A stretch of 64,000 nt of DNA from Sphagnum compactum. Taxonomy: Eukaryota. A model generated the notes under the pieces. The model did not search any database. It was not told the origin of the DNA and saw only the letters and a list, made by a program, of their open reading frames with translations. The position numbers and the translations under genes were made by a program. This document shows, in pieces, positions 52,327 through 64,000 of this stretch (positions within the stretch are counted from its first letter, which is position 1; each line of letters opens with the position of its first letter). The stretch spans positions 30,122,213 to 30,186,212 of the forward strand of contig OZ234493.1 of assembly GCA_965153455.1 (NCBI GenBank), read 5' to 3'.

Positions 52327-53424
52327 AAAATTTAAAAAAAAGAAAAAGAAAAAGAAATAAACACTGCTTTCTTGCTTTCTTGCTTCCTTCTTTCCTTCCC
52401 TACCTAGCAAGGAAAAGACATGAAAAGGAAAAATGGCCAAGAAAAGGAAAAGACAGATTGCCCGATCTTCATGCTCCAAAAGCATTAAAACAAAGGAGCC
52501 TCTGGTAGGTAGGTAGGTGGGTACGTACTTATTATGCTTTTGTACCGCATTGAGAATGTTGTGATATGCGCAGCTGTAGCCTATTTAACAACACCAAATT
52601 TATTTACTTGACTGACTGGACCCAGTCAGTCAGGACTGAGGAGTCTTTTTTTATTCCTAATATTGGCTACCACTATTATTTTTGGCCTGGACTAATAGCC
52701 CTTCTTAAGGACCACCCTACCTATTGTGCTTGTGCTGTCCTGATTGTTATGTTCTTTCATGACATGTGTTCTTGTCCTTTTTTTCTCTGTTTTTTTTTTT
52801 TTTTGGCCTTGTATTTCTTCTTCTGGATGGGTTCCAAATTCCTGTCCCTGCTGTTTTTATAAATTGAATTTTCTTTTAGCGTAAATCGGGTGGTGACCGA
52901 ACATTTAAACGTTCAGGGCAGGCCGGAACCAAGGGGAGGGCTCCATTGTTTTTGGTGTCCAAACTAAACTTGAACCTCTCCTCTTGACTCATCTGACACA
53001 GCAACAATCGTCATAACAAACGAATTAAAAATGAGAAAGTTATGGCGACCCAAATTAAAAATGAGAAAGTTATGGCCCCCCAAAGTAGAAGGGGTCAAAA
53101 ACTCAAAAAAAAAAAAAGACAAAAAAAAAACAAATCACCGAACATTACAAAGGTCAGTTCTCGAACACCCTGGTTAAAAAAACGAACAAACACAGGTAAA
53201 CTTAACTAAGCTTGGCTTGGAGGTTGTTTTCGCCAACTGGGGCTAAAAACACAGAACAAGAGCGAACCAGCTGGCGCTGTCTCTGCGCGACGGCGCTTTC
53301 TTCTTTTGCGGTTTACAACGCAGCTGCAGAGACGCCATAGCCGCTCACCACGACCTTGCTGCTCTCGTCGCTGTTGCTGCTGCTTGGTGCCTCCGCTGGG
53401 AAGGTCGTGAAGAAAACCGAGGGA

Positions 53425-56400
53425 ATGTGGAGAAGAAGGCGTACTGACGATCAGGTGATGATCATGTCGACTCTGATGTCGTTAACGGCGCTTGCCTTTT
53501 TCCAAGTTTTGGTGCAGCGGAATTCTCGAGGTTTGTGGCCAATTGCAGAAATTTCTTCTTCTTGTTGCGAAATTTGAGCTTTCGCTTTAGCTAGATGAAA
53601 GAAACGAAACAAACAGTAGGGGAGAAGAGAGAGAGAGAGAGCGAGAGAGAGAGAGAGAGAGAGAGGTTGTGAGCGCTTCTGAAGTGTTTAGAGTCTTTCT
53701 GCACTGTTTTGTTTTTGTTTTTTTGACGAGTTACGTTCTGAAGAGGAGATCTGCCGTCGTTTCCAGTTTTGGTGTGGCCATTTGTAGTTTTGCTTCCAGA
53801 ATTTTACGCAGATATGATTGACATTGCTGTCATAGTGAGGCTTGATCCAAGTCGCAGCAGCCGAGCGTTGCGTACAATGCCTCGACTTTCTGGTGGAAGT
53901 GTTGTCAATCTCGCTCATTTTCACTGTTTTGTTAGCCGTCTACACCTCCTCGTCTTCAGTTTCCAACAACGTGTCCTCCGGCTGTTGAATGCAGGCAAGA
54001 ACAACTCCGAGCATTGCTTGCAATTGTCGTAACTCCGGAGTGTTGCATAGCACCCGGGCTTTCTACAACCGCTTTCGCTCCATTACCTTTTGTCGACTGT
54101 TCCAACTTCCTCAAGCCAGCAGAGCATTGTTTTCTTCCCACCGGCAAATCGGGAGAAGTACGGTAGACATGTGTGGCCTCTATCCCTTCTTATCTACTCG
54201 GAGGCTCTTCAGACTCGCCTAATTTAGCAGCTCTTGTGGCAGTACATTCTGTTTTGCTGTAGGGAGGAGGAACTGACAGCTTGCATTTTTTACGACACGC
54301 AAACCGATCTCCATGTCACCTCTTTTCTGAGACTCCTGGCAGCAGATTACGATCCCGTTTGCTCCTTCGTCCGTCCTTCTCTTGCGCCGGATGCGCATAA
54401 TTCCAATACGTCTTCATTGCGCCTTCCGATCGACAGGCATTGGCCCGTGTCGGACTCTCTAATGGAAACTGGTAGCACAACCATCTGTCTGGCAGATTAT
54501 GCGTCCGGTCGTGTCAAAATTGTGCCGCTAAAAGCTGGAGCGGGTGCAGTTGCTAGAGAGAATGGCCCAGAAGACGGCAGCTATTCAGTCGAGGATATCC
54601 CCAAACTTTTAAGCACACAGGTTACGGACAGTCGAGAGTTTGCATCGCTCTCCGACACGTTACAAAACGGCGATCCACGCCTGTGCGAAGCGGTTCTGCG
54701 CTCTGTGTTTGCTCCAAGAGCGCCCGGAGAAAGTCTGGACGACTGCGTACAAAATGCAGAGATTGTGAAGCGGGCCTTCACTCTCCACGACACTGTCTAC
54801 TCTAAGGCCGAGAGCCGTGCTCTCAAAGTGGCGCAGTACCGAAGAGCTGGTATGTACATGTTACACTCCAAGTCATTCATACAATCCCTGTGATTTCTTG
54901 GTGCTTTTCAGTCTTCAGAAAGGGACTCGTTACTGCTGCACCCCCACCTCCCCCCATGAGCATCTTAGCTTTTTGTAAACGAATTTTGAAGTCCTGCTCT
55001 GAGATTTTTCAAATGTTGCAAACAGAGACTAGTCTTGTGTGTTTCCCTTTGGTTAAGAAGAAGAAACTCCTGACCCAACCCTTTTTTTTCCTTTGGATGC
55101 AGAGGTTCAGATGAAGTTGGAAGCATTAAAGAGAGATGATGACATGCTGGTGCCCCCAACACAATTTGCAGATCCTGTTGTATACCAAAGCTGGAAAGTG
55201 GAAGAGCTGCAGAACCTCTCAAACCTAGTCAATCTGTTTGGCAATCTGCCTTCATTTTCAGGTGGTGTGCAGGTGGAGATTCTGTCTGGAGAAGATCTGA
55301 AGCCTATGAATGCATCCTCCTGTATCTTGCCAGCCTTCAGCAAGAAGCCTGCTGAAATATCAGTCTACTGTTCTGTTTCCATCTTGCCAGCAAGGGCAGG
55401 CACAACTCCCTCTCCTCCTGAATCTGAAGATGGACTTGAGAGGACCCCAGTGTTCTTCAGTGAAGTTGTAGTCTGCAATGGAAATGCTGAATGGCAGACA
55501 AGATCATCATGGATACCTATTGGCAGGTGCATGTTCATTCACTCAGAAGCTCCTTCCTCAACAGTGCGCATACCCAGCAATTTGCAAATTGTTAAAGAAT
55601 GTTAGTCCTTGAAGTTGCAACAAAGGTTACAAAAGCCTCTCATGGCATGTTACTCATATCATGAAGTTTCAAAGTGTGGATACACTATACAAAGGTAAAA
55701 CTGACTAGTCCATCAAGATGGGATTGTTGGAATCAGATTAACTAAGCAGGGGAAAATGTTTGTCCTGACAGTTCACAGGACCGAATTCTGATTGAAGTCT
55801 GGGAGAAGGTTGAAGCAGTTAAGGCTGCAGATCCTGATCCAGAAACAACAGGTGAAACGCCAGGTGGAATCAGCAACTTTCGACAATTTGTAAGAAGACA
55901 AAGCTCCAAAAGAAAGAAGAAGGTGAGAACTGACTAATTGACTTTTAAACATGACGTTTGCAGGATTTGGTGTGCATTATGAACAAGCTTTTCCCACTAA
56001 AAGCCTCTTTGGCAGTTTCCACTCAAAGAAGGGTTTCTTTCAGACCCAATATTTGGCAGCAACAAAATTTTCAGTCTGCAATATTGTTGAGCGTGAATTC
56101 AGATAAGTTGAGTAGCATTGACATTGATGCCACTTAGGAAGAATCATTAGGATACCAAATTTAGAGTATAGTATACCAGGGTCCAAGTTAATGACACTAC
56201 TGCATTGATACTCTTGTATACAGCTAAATCTGGCTGTCACTGACATCATATATTTTCTATTGTTTAGTCAAGTCTGCACAGAAAATATAGATGTTATTCT
56301 TATGTGGAGCTAGAATCTTATGCAGGTAGCTCCATGGAGTAGTGATACTTTTCTAGGGCAGGTGATAGTATCATTCAGCCATATTGAGTCACAAGCTCTG

Positions 56401-59358
56401 GCCCAAGGAGGCGTACAAGGCCAGTCACCAGCTACATCCTACATGCTTGCGGATGAGAGAGGAAAACAGAGTATGAGCACCATCCAGTTGCAGTTTAGCT
56501 GCTCCTGTGAACGCTTTTACAGGTACTTGATTTTAACCATGGCCCTATGCATCTCCATTGATCTTGGTTTTGTGATTCAGTTTTCAATGTTATTAAGAAT
56601 CCGTGTTCTGGAAAATAGAGATCGGAGGAGACTTTGAATCTTTTGATGTTGGATTGTGTTCATTTAGGATATCCAAAGTAGTACAGGGGTGTGATAATCC
56701 CTCTGTTTGCCTGTTTGTTGCAGGGATGCTCCACCCAATAAGCTGCTTCTCATGCCTCCAATTGAGGAAATAGAAACAGCTTTTGACAACCTAGTGCGTC
56801 TTGCCTTCCATGCCGAGAAGGGAGGTAGTTGCTTTTTTACTCCTACTACTGCAAATCATTCACAGAGTCAAGTGATAGGGTCTCCTTTTTCGTGAACATT
56901 ATATCTATTGCACTCATGTTCAACAACACCTGAGATGCTCACTTCAGATTCTTTGAACACTGGCTCATACATAATAAAGAGGAATAACCAAATTTTGTGC
57001 CTGTGGGCAGGTGTACTCACCTTATTCCTGACATCCTCATGCACACATTCTTCGGTTTCCAGTTTATGTGGATTAAAGAAAACTAGCCCTAAACATGTAT
57101 CTGTGGGCATTGTCATTTCAGTAACACAAGATGGACTTCGCCTTTCTTTGCAGGGGGCTGGCAGCTTGGACAACAATGGAGGCAATTAGTGTATGGTTTT
57201 GGAGCACACTATCGGATTCGGGAAGAGAGGTGTGTGTTGGGTTTGGTGAACATAATGGCTGGGCTATTTCAACAAGATGCTCGATATTGTGAAGGAATTG
57301 TCCAAGAATGGTTACCTGCTTGCCATGCAGCCAAAGATGGAAGATTAACACGAAATGAGCTTGCACTACATTGCAATATTGTTGTCTGTATGGACCTCTT
57401 TCTTCATTACCTCAGCCTTCTCTACTGTTTCCTTCTGCATTGCTTGTTTCTCTGTCTGAGCAGTTCATTCTGTCATTTGACACTGCTGGTTCTTCTTCTC
57501 TAGGAAGCCTGCATTGTTATATGAGTATCTATGGATTCAATGATTTCAGTGCCTGGTGGAAATTCTTCTCTATTGTTCTATTTGTTGGGGCTCTGAGTTT
57601 TGAACTGTTGATCATCCTTCCTGTGATAACGGGACTTCATGGATATGTTTCATGGACTTTTTCACATGCCATTGTGAGCAATGGACTGTGTGCCAATTAA
57701 TGGAATCCATGTTCACAACACAGAACTTGGTGCTCTCATGTTTACCCTTTGTAACCTAGCCATAATGTATGTTGAATTTATTCCCCATTGGATCAGCCCT
57801 TGTGTTATGTACAGATAAAACACTTGTGTAGTGTAAAACAGTGGCTGTTGGTTTGCTGTTTTATTGATTGAGTGTGGATTTCTCCAAGCTTCCCAGTGGA
57901 AAGATCAGGTTTCCCCTTGTGCAACTTGAGCCCTCAGTCACAGTCAATTGCTCAGTCACATCAACCTATATGCTCTTTTTGTTTTCAGTAAAGGTCTGGA
58001 AAGTGAATCATGGGTTTTGTTGTTGGTGGTGGGGTAGCTCTGATGAAGCCAGCACTCAACTCCATTGAAAATTTCCATTCTACTTTCCCAGAAAACAAGC
58101 CAGCTGGAGTAATTCCAAAATTGATAGAGCTTTTGGGTCTCATCCTCCGGTGGGATCCAGACCCATCTGAAATTGTTGTTCCATTGCGGACCTGGATTCA
58201 GGTGGGCTTCTCACAGATGAGTCTGTACAAATAATTGTAGTTTATTCAAATGTGCAAGCCAGAACAGTGGATGATCATCACCACTGACCTTTCACATTCA
58301 GCTGTTGCAGAACTGCATTTTTCTATTGTTATTTTGTGCTTTGGATTCATCTTTTGTTCCTACAAACAGGATATGAAGATGGACTCAGAAAGTTTGCAGT
58401 AGTTTTACTCATTTGTGATGCTTGGGGATTCCATTATGAGTATGCAGAGTGGCTGTGAGCACCGTTTAAATGAGCAAGTGCTTGGAGAAACTGATGGTGG
58501 CAGCATGAGGGAGATGAGTGCACAGTCACTAGTCCAGGGAGTCCGAATGATCCGCGCTGACCTTATTGAGTATAAGACAACATTCAAGAGTGCTTTTCCA
58601 GATAATTTTGATCTTCCTCAAGTCACAGCTTCAGTGTACTATAGGCTGGTAATCAACCGGAAAACTGGATTTTTTCTCAATTTATGAATCATGGATATAG
58701 CATACATCAGCATTAATGTGGGCCACAAGTATTACTACATGTATGTGATATTTGAAATTGGAGGGTGACCCCAGCAATCTGCATGGACAGACCAGAATGT
58801 TGTCCCAAATCTGTGCAGCAGAGTTGTTATAATAGTGTTTGCACAGGAGAAGTATCTAATGGTTCTTCTGGCTACAGATTTCTCATTATGTTGTCACCTT
58901 CATTGGAGCTGCTTCACTGAAGACCTCTACAAAAGAACTGGAGGTACAGGCATCTCTCTTCATCTATTTTGTCCCACCTTTTCCAGCACTGTAACTGAAA
59001 ATTTGGAAATCTCAAACCTGCAATTGTTCATGCTCAATCTTCATTGGCATGGCACAGCTTCTTCTATCAAGGCAGTGGTTGACTGTAATATGGGCTAGTT
59101 AAGTAACAGGCATAGGGTTTGCATAGATGTCTCCACAAAGCACAAATGGTGTTTGGGTTAAGGGTGTGGGTTTACAACAGTAGGTTTTGAAATGTGTCCA
59201 ACAGCACTAACATCAAAATCTTGCAGGATCTGGTGGTTGAGTTATCTTTGCTGCATGAAGACCTTGAGAAATCTGGGGCCCAGTTCAAGCTCCTTGATCT
59301 CAGGAGCCTTCTCAATGGGCACGATAGCTCATCTCAAAAGAATGGAAAGTGTGTATAG
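53425..59358 (+). CDS. C2-domain + MUN (Munc13 homology) protein, Munc13-4/BAIAP3-like. Well-supported exons 54343-54849, 55103-55526, 55772-55922, 56326-56522, 56724-56824, 57154-57387, 58038-58201, 58448-58648, 58878-58943, 59227-59358; 5' exons (53425-53454, ~53995-54157) uncertain; 3' end probably frameshifted/truncated
   Basis: Ten consecutive exons join in frame through GT-AG introns. C2 strands DRILIEVWEK...SDTFLGQVIVSF...YMLADERGKQSMSTIQLQFS are followed by helical MUN-like motifs WRQLVYGFGAHYRI, SIENFHSTFPENKPAGVIPKLIELL and FKSAFPDNFDLPQVTASVYYRL. The family assignment comes from remembered motif similarity, not a search. Confidence 0.75.
53627..53664. repeat. (GA)n microsatellite in the probable first intron of the C2-MUN gene
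   Basis: Read directly from the sequence. Confidence 0.9.
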
Positions 59359-59720
59359 GTTGAAAGTGATGTCACCTTCTTGGTTCACCCCAAAAACAGT
59401 TCTTTTCCTGTTCATTGCTCACTTCTTGCTCAGAATTTGGTTGTAAATGCAGACTCGAAAAGCCAATATATAGCACCAAAGGTTTTGTGCTACATGAGCT
59501 CAGGAGGTAACAATTCATTAATGTATTCCCCAACTATTAAAATGGAGTAATCATTTTGTGGTTGCAGCTTTACTTTGGGAACAGTTTTGTTTAAATCCTC
59601 CTGTGTTTTGAGCAGACAAATTGCAGCTACACCAATGCAAACACCATTCTGTTGCTCAATCACAATATGAGCGAAACAGATACATTTGCAAAAACCAGAT
59701 CAAGTATGTATATCCATCCT
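59227..59720 (+). pseudogene. Apparently disrupted 3' exons of the C2-MUN gene (59227-59358, 59453-59506, possible relic ~59570-59705)
   Basis: The entry frame stops at TAG 59356-59358. A shifted frame (AHLKRMESVYR) splices in phase to LEKPIYSTKGFVLH, and a further 1-nt shift would give HSSG, resembling the MUN HSSS motif. Confidence 0.45.
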
Positions 59721-60139
59721 GCAACTCTCTTTAATTAGACAACACTTGTACGCACTGGATGGGTGGATTGAACTGCAGTGTTCATCATGTTTCAATTTGG
59801 GAGTTTTTTTTATCAAGTTTTGCTGCCAAGGTTTTGGGTGTGTTTTTCTGTACTCTACTTAGCCAGTCCAGCAGGGGGCATTACACCCTGAACTGGAGTG
59901 GAGCTCAAGTTCTGGGTTTTGGGAGGTCTGGGGTTTGGGTTCAGCAGGGCATTATACCTGAATTGAGAGTGGAGCCCAAAGTCCAGGGTCTACTCTTGGT
60001 TCACATGGTGTAATTGACACGCCCTTTTACTCCAAGCTCCTCCGGGCTTGTCCAAGTCCTGGGCAGGCTTCTAATCTTAACCTAGCTACACATGCCCAAA
60101 CATATGCCCACATTAGGTTACACCCACTCAACTCACATC

Positions 60140-60770
60140 CAAGGTGAGACACCACCTAGCACTAGACGAATCTAATACTAGATTGTTACAAACTTCCACT
60201 CATGTTCACAGCCTTAAATCACCCAAAACCTCTGTGGCTTTGTCATGTTGTCAAACCTTACAAGAGGACTCTCATGAGCAAGTGGAGGCAAGTGTTACGC
60301 TTCTTTGTGAGACACTCTTAGTTTTGGCACCATTGATGGCAAGCCCTTGCCTTGTAGTGTCTTGCCACTTTGCACTTTCATGCACTTGGGTCCTACATCG
60401 GGAGTCATGTGAAGGAGTTGAGTGTCGTGCTTCTTTCTGAGACATTCCTAGCCCTTGCCTTGTGGCATCTTGTCACTTTGCATCTTCCTAACACTTGGAC
60501 ACCAAGCTCCATGAAACATTCAACTTCGTTGCCGAATGTAAATTCACCACACTTCTTTGTGCCCTCATCAAATGGTCCTGGGGTGGATCCCCACACAAGG
60601 GGCATGTCAACCACCCCCATTGTAAGAATGTGAGTGGTGAGGGCCATGAGGACTTTAAGAGGACGAAACCAATGAAGACATTCTTGGTTATTTCCTTTGT
60701 GCCAACTTCTCTTGTCTTTCAACATGAAAGAAATCAAGGGCAAGTTCTATACATTGCATCATCTTTATGA
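60140..60770. mobile_element. Degenerate LTR-like repeat
   Basis: CpG-depleted, moderately GC-rich block with recurring gcccttgccttg motifs like the terminus of LTR family B. Termini were not resolved. Confidence 0.3.
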
Positions 60771-62699
60771 TGACTTCTACACCTCTTCCAAGGCAACTTC
60801 AAAATGACTTCCTTAAGGCTATTCACACAGCAACTCCATATCAAAGTTTCCCAAACAAAGGTGGGCTTGCTTTTTGCAAAGGATGCAAATGTATCAACAA
60901 ATAATGCTAAATTGGGCTTTTTAGTCCAAATCTTTTTCACCATTTTGGTACATGGGTTGTGAATCCATGCATGGGGTTGGACCCCCATTTGGAGACATGT
61001 TCATGTTACAATAGCATGAACGTTACCCCATTCTTGCCCAAGTGAGCCCAAACTTGAAGGAGGTTATTGTTTACAAGTTAACCAACTAAGTTCCATTCGT
61101 ATTGGTTACCGTTACCCCATTTCATTCATCAATTTTGTCCATTTAACTTTTTGCACATAAGATAGACTGCAGTTATGATGCAATTAGGTACATACATAAG
61201 GGTTTTGTGCATATCATCTTCACTTTTGAAAATTGATGTTCACATCAACACCTTTTTGTGTCAAGGGTCATCTGTTTCTCATAGGTTTTCTTGACCCCAA
61301 GTTCATGGCCTCTTTCAACTTCAAATTTCACCACCATGTCCTAACTGGTCCAAGTGAGATGGTTTCACCGATCTTGATTCCTGTAAATGACACCCTTCCC
61401 AATTCACCATATATTGTTTACCATAATGGGAAATATGTTTAGCATGCATAATGCCTTCAACTTGTCCAACAAATCTTTGTTCAATAATGTTGAATTCAAG
61501 TTGTATGACTCCTTAGGTATTTATTGGAAGATAATTAATTTCTTTAATTTGCCATGTGTGCTTGGAACCATGTGTAGTGTGAACAAGGTTCCAGTTGTTT
61601 GTGTTTATCCCCACATTGTGGCTTTGAAGTCTCATCTTTCGTGTTTTGAAATTGCATAACACACAAGAGAAACAAGCTTTGTTTGTTCATGCTTTGAACT
61701 TGGATTCTTGCAATTTATAGGTGAGTTTTCTTGAAACACAAAAGATCAAACTAATTGTTTTGTGCTACAACTAAACTAGTTGGTTTTTTGCACAAGGATT
61801 ACTTGTTTGGGAACTTTGTTTAGATGTCGTGTGGTGTGTTGGTTGTGTTTTTGTTTGTGGAATTACAACTAATAAAAGTTGCAACTAAAGAGCATTTCTT
61901 GGTGTACTCTTTGAGTTGGAAAAATCATTTGGAGATTTTTGTGATTTCATGATTGTTTTTATTTAAAACTCCATGAGGAGTTGAACCTCAAGCAAGGCCT
62001 AATACCTTGGAATTGTGAAAAAACATCAAAATCAAAACAAGAGGAGGCCCCTATTTTTATCACAAAAGCCCTTTTCATTTTTTTCTTTTGTTCTTTACAT
62101 CTCACTTTTTCCCTCTCTCACTCTCACATTCTCCTAATCAATAATAACACCAACAATAGGCACCAACAAAGGTAGTAGATTGTAGGCAATTGCCACCACC
62201 TATCATCAATCGTCATTAGCTATAGGGCGAAGTGAGGCATTGTTAGGGTCATCATTGATAAGCAAGCAATGCACGGTTGCAACAAGTGGTAAGGAATAAA
62301 AGAAAAAGAGAAGGAGGAAAGGAAAAAAAGGGGAAACAAAACAGGTGGTGGTGGAGAATGATGGGTTTTTTTGCCATTGCTAAGAGCTTGAAGCTCCTCC
62401 TTGAACCTCCAAGGTTTGGGCTCCGTTAAAGGCTCGGACACCTCAACAAAAGTTCAAAATAAAGGGGTTAATGGGGTCCAACCTAGGCCTCCTTTTTTAT
62501 TTTTTGGTTTTTTCAAAATTCCCGAACTTGGTGGGACCCCTTTGGAACCATTGGAACAATTTTTTCAAGTTTTGGAATTGGATTATGGGGGCATTAGTGG
62601 GGATCAAATACAAAAGATCCAAGATGTCCAAAAGGAAAAGGATGATACACCATACACAAGATTGGCATGGTTTACTAAGGAAAACAATGACATTTTCAT

Positions 62700-63440
62700 G
62701 GAATAACAATTGGTGCAATTGTACTTGTCCAAGTAGGACAAAAATGTGCAAAGGATGGTCAAACCTCAATTCATCATTACTCATGAAGATCGTGCCACAT
62801 TAGAAGAGGCATTCCACGTTGTGGAAAAACTTGATTGAGGATTTTGTGTGGTGAAGATGGTGAGCTTGTTGCAATCACCATGACCACCCCAAAGGATTCC
62901 AAGAAGGAGGAATCAATGGCTACTCTCGATGGGAAGGCCAAAGGAGGCCAAAAAGGGGATCAATTTGGGCCTTTTCCATCTTTTTTAGCAGAATAAGGCT
63001 AAAGTATTATGTGTTCGACTTGTGGAGGTCCTAACATGAGAAGGAATGCCCCAACAAGGCCAAAGCATCTACATCCAAATCCACATCTTTTAGTGATGAG
63101 GAATGTGAACAATGTGATGTTCATAATCATGACATTTACCATTGTTACTCATTGCATCCAAAATTTTGTTCCAATAAACCCATTGACAACAAGGATGGTA
63201 AAGGCAAAGGGGGACGTGGGGGAGGCAATGGTTCTCAAACCAAGGGCAAAACCACAAGTAAAGCTTCAAATAAAACCAATGAACAAGGTCGACGTGGTGG
63301 CATGGCCATTACTGAATACCAACTTGTTTGGTTGGAGGAATTGATCATTAATATGGTAGCACAAAAGTTGGAGGAGAAGGCGACAAAATTAAATTCCACA
63401 AGTGTGCCTATATATTTAGGATTAGATCTTTCTTCATGAT
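62700..63440 (+). mobile_element. Degenerate LTR-retrotransposon gag relic with zinc knuckle(s)
   Basis: Intact CX2CX4HX4C knuckle CEQCDVHNHDIYHC-YSLHP at 63104-63145, followed by the Gly/Lys-rich KGKGGRGGGNG. A frameshifted second knuckle CSTCGGP..HEKEC lies at ~63012. Flanking stops. Confidence 0.65.
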
Positions 63441-63880
63441 TCTTTTGTGGAGTAGGATTTGTTGATTCCATGGATGTCCCCATGATGTTTATATTTTGGG
63501 GGTGAAACATCATGTTACATTTTATGATCCATGTGAAGTGGATTCATTAATTCATGCAATTCCACGATCTAATTCACATTCCAAAATCGTGTGGGGTAGA
63601 TGAGGGTCTTGACCTTCAAACAAAGGAAGCTTGGCACTAGATAGGTATTCCTTAATCATTTATGTTGGTCAAAATTGTCCCAATTAAAACATCCACATCC
63701 CCAAACATGGGGCATGTTCACACAAGACCAACAAGTAGACGATTTTCCTAACAACATAATCAGAAAAGGACATCCCTCCTTTATGGCAAGTTGCAAATGC
63801 CAAGTTGTTTAACCTTCCAATTCGGCCTGCCATTGATCGAACATTAATGACACCAAGAATGGTGTTGATGTTTAACAAGG

Positions 63881-64000
63881 TGTGACAAATGCAAACATTA
63901 GATGCCATCTTCCAATAGATGGAATTCATCCATAGTGTTCATCCATAACTCTTAATTAATCTTAATTTAGTTAAATTTCCATTAACTTTTGATTAACTCC
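63881..64000 (+). mobile_element. 5' end of another family-A LTR, cut by the window edge
   Basis: tgtgacaaatgcaaacattagatgccatcttccaatagatggaattcatccatagtgttcatccataactc closely matches the sequence from 31346 onward. Confidence 0.8.

Noticed and set aside
58370-58447. Apparent in-frame TAG (~58400) in the C2-MUN gene if the acceptor at 58369 is used
   Set aside because: The downstream acceptor at 58447 gives the clean join WIQ|SGCEHRL, so the stop is most likely intronic.

Overview
Eukaryotic, intron-rich, AT-rich land-plant genomic DNA. A bryophyte, possibly Sphagnum-like, is inferred from my recall of the repeat families and protein sequences; this is not verified. Three + strand spliced genes can be reconstructed with phase-consistent GT-AG junctions. 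(1) The 3' part of an ATP-dependent 6-phosphofructokinase (249-3321). (2) A complete six-exon Toc159-family chloroplast import receptor GTPase (12090-19129, 1528 aa) with a very long acidic A-domain. (3) A multi-exon C2 + MUN-domain gene (~53425-59506) that resembles Munc13-4/BAIAP3 vesicle-priming proteins and appears frameshifted and truncated at its 3' end; this is the most unusual item. A probable degenerate spliced gene lies on the - strand around 21.2-22.1 kb. The intergenic DNA is mostly decayed transposons: hAT transposase relics (one containing a solo LTR nested in a solo LTR of the same family), a young solo LTR with a perfect TSD, a non-autonomous Helitron, a 154-bp CACTA element, a Harbinger-type Myb relic, a gag relic, and a near-perfect 10 x 61-bp tandem array that is not a CRISPR. 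No rRNA, tRNA or CRISPR is supported.
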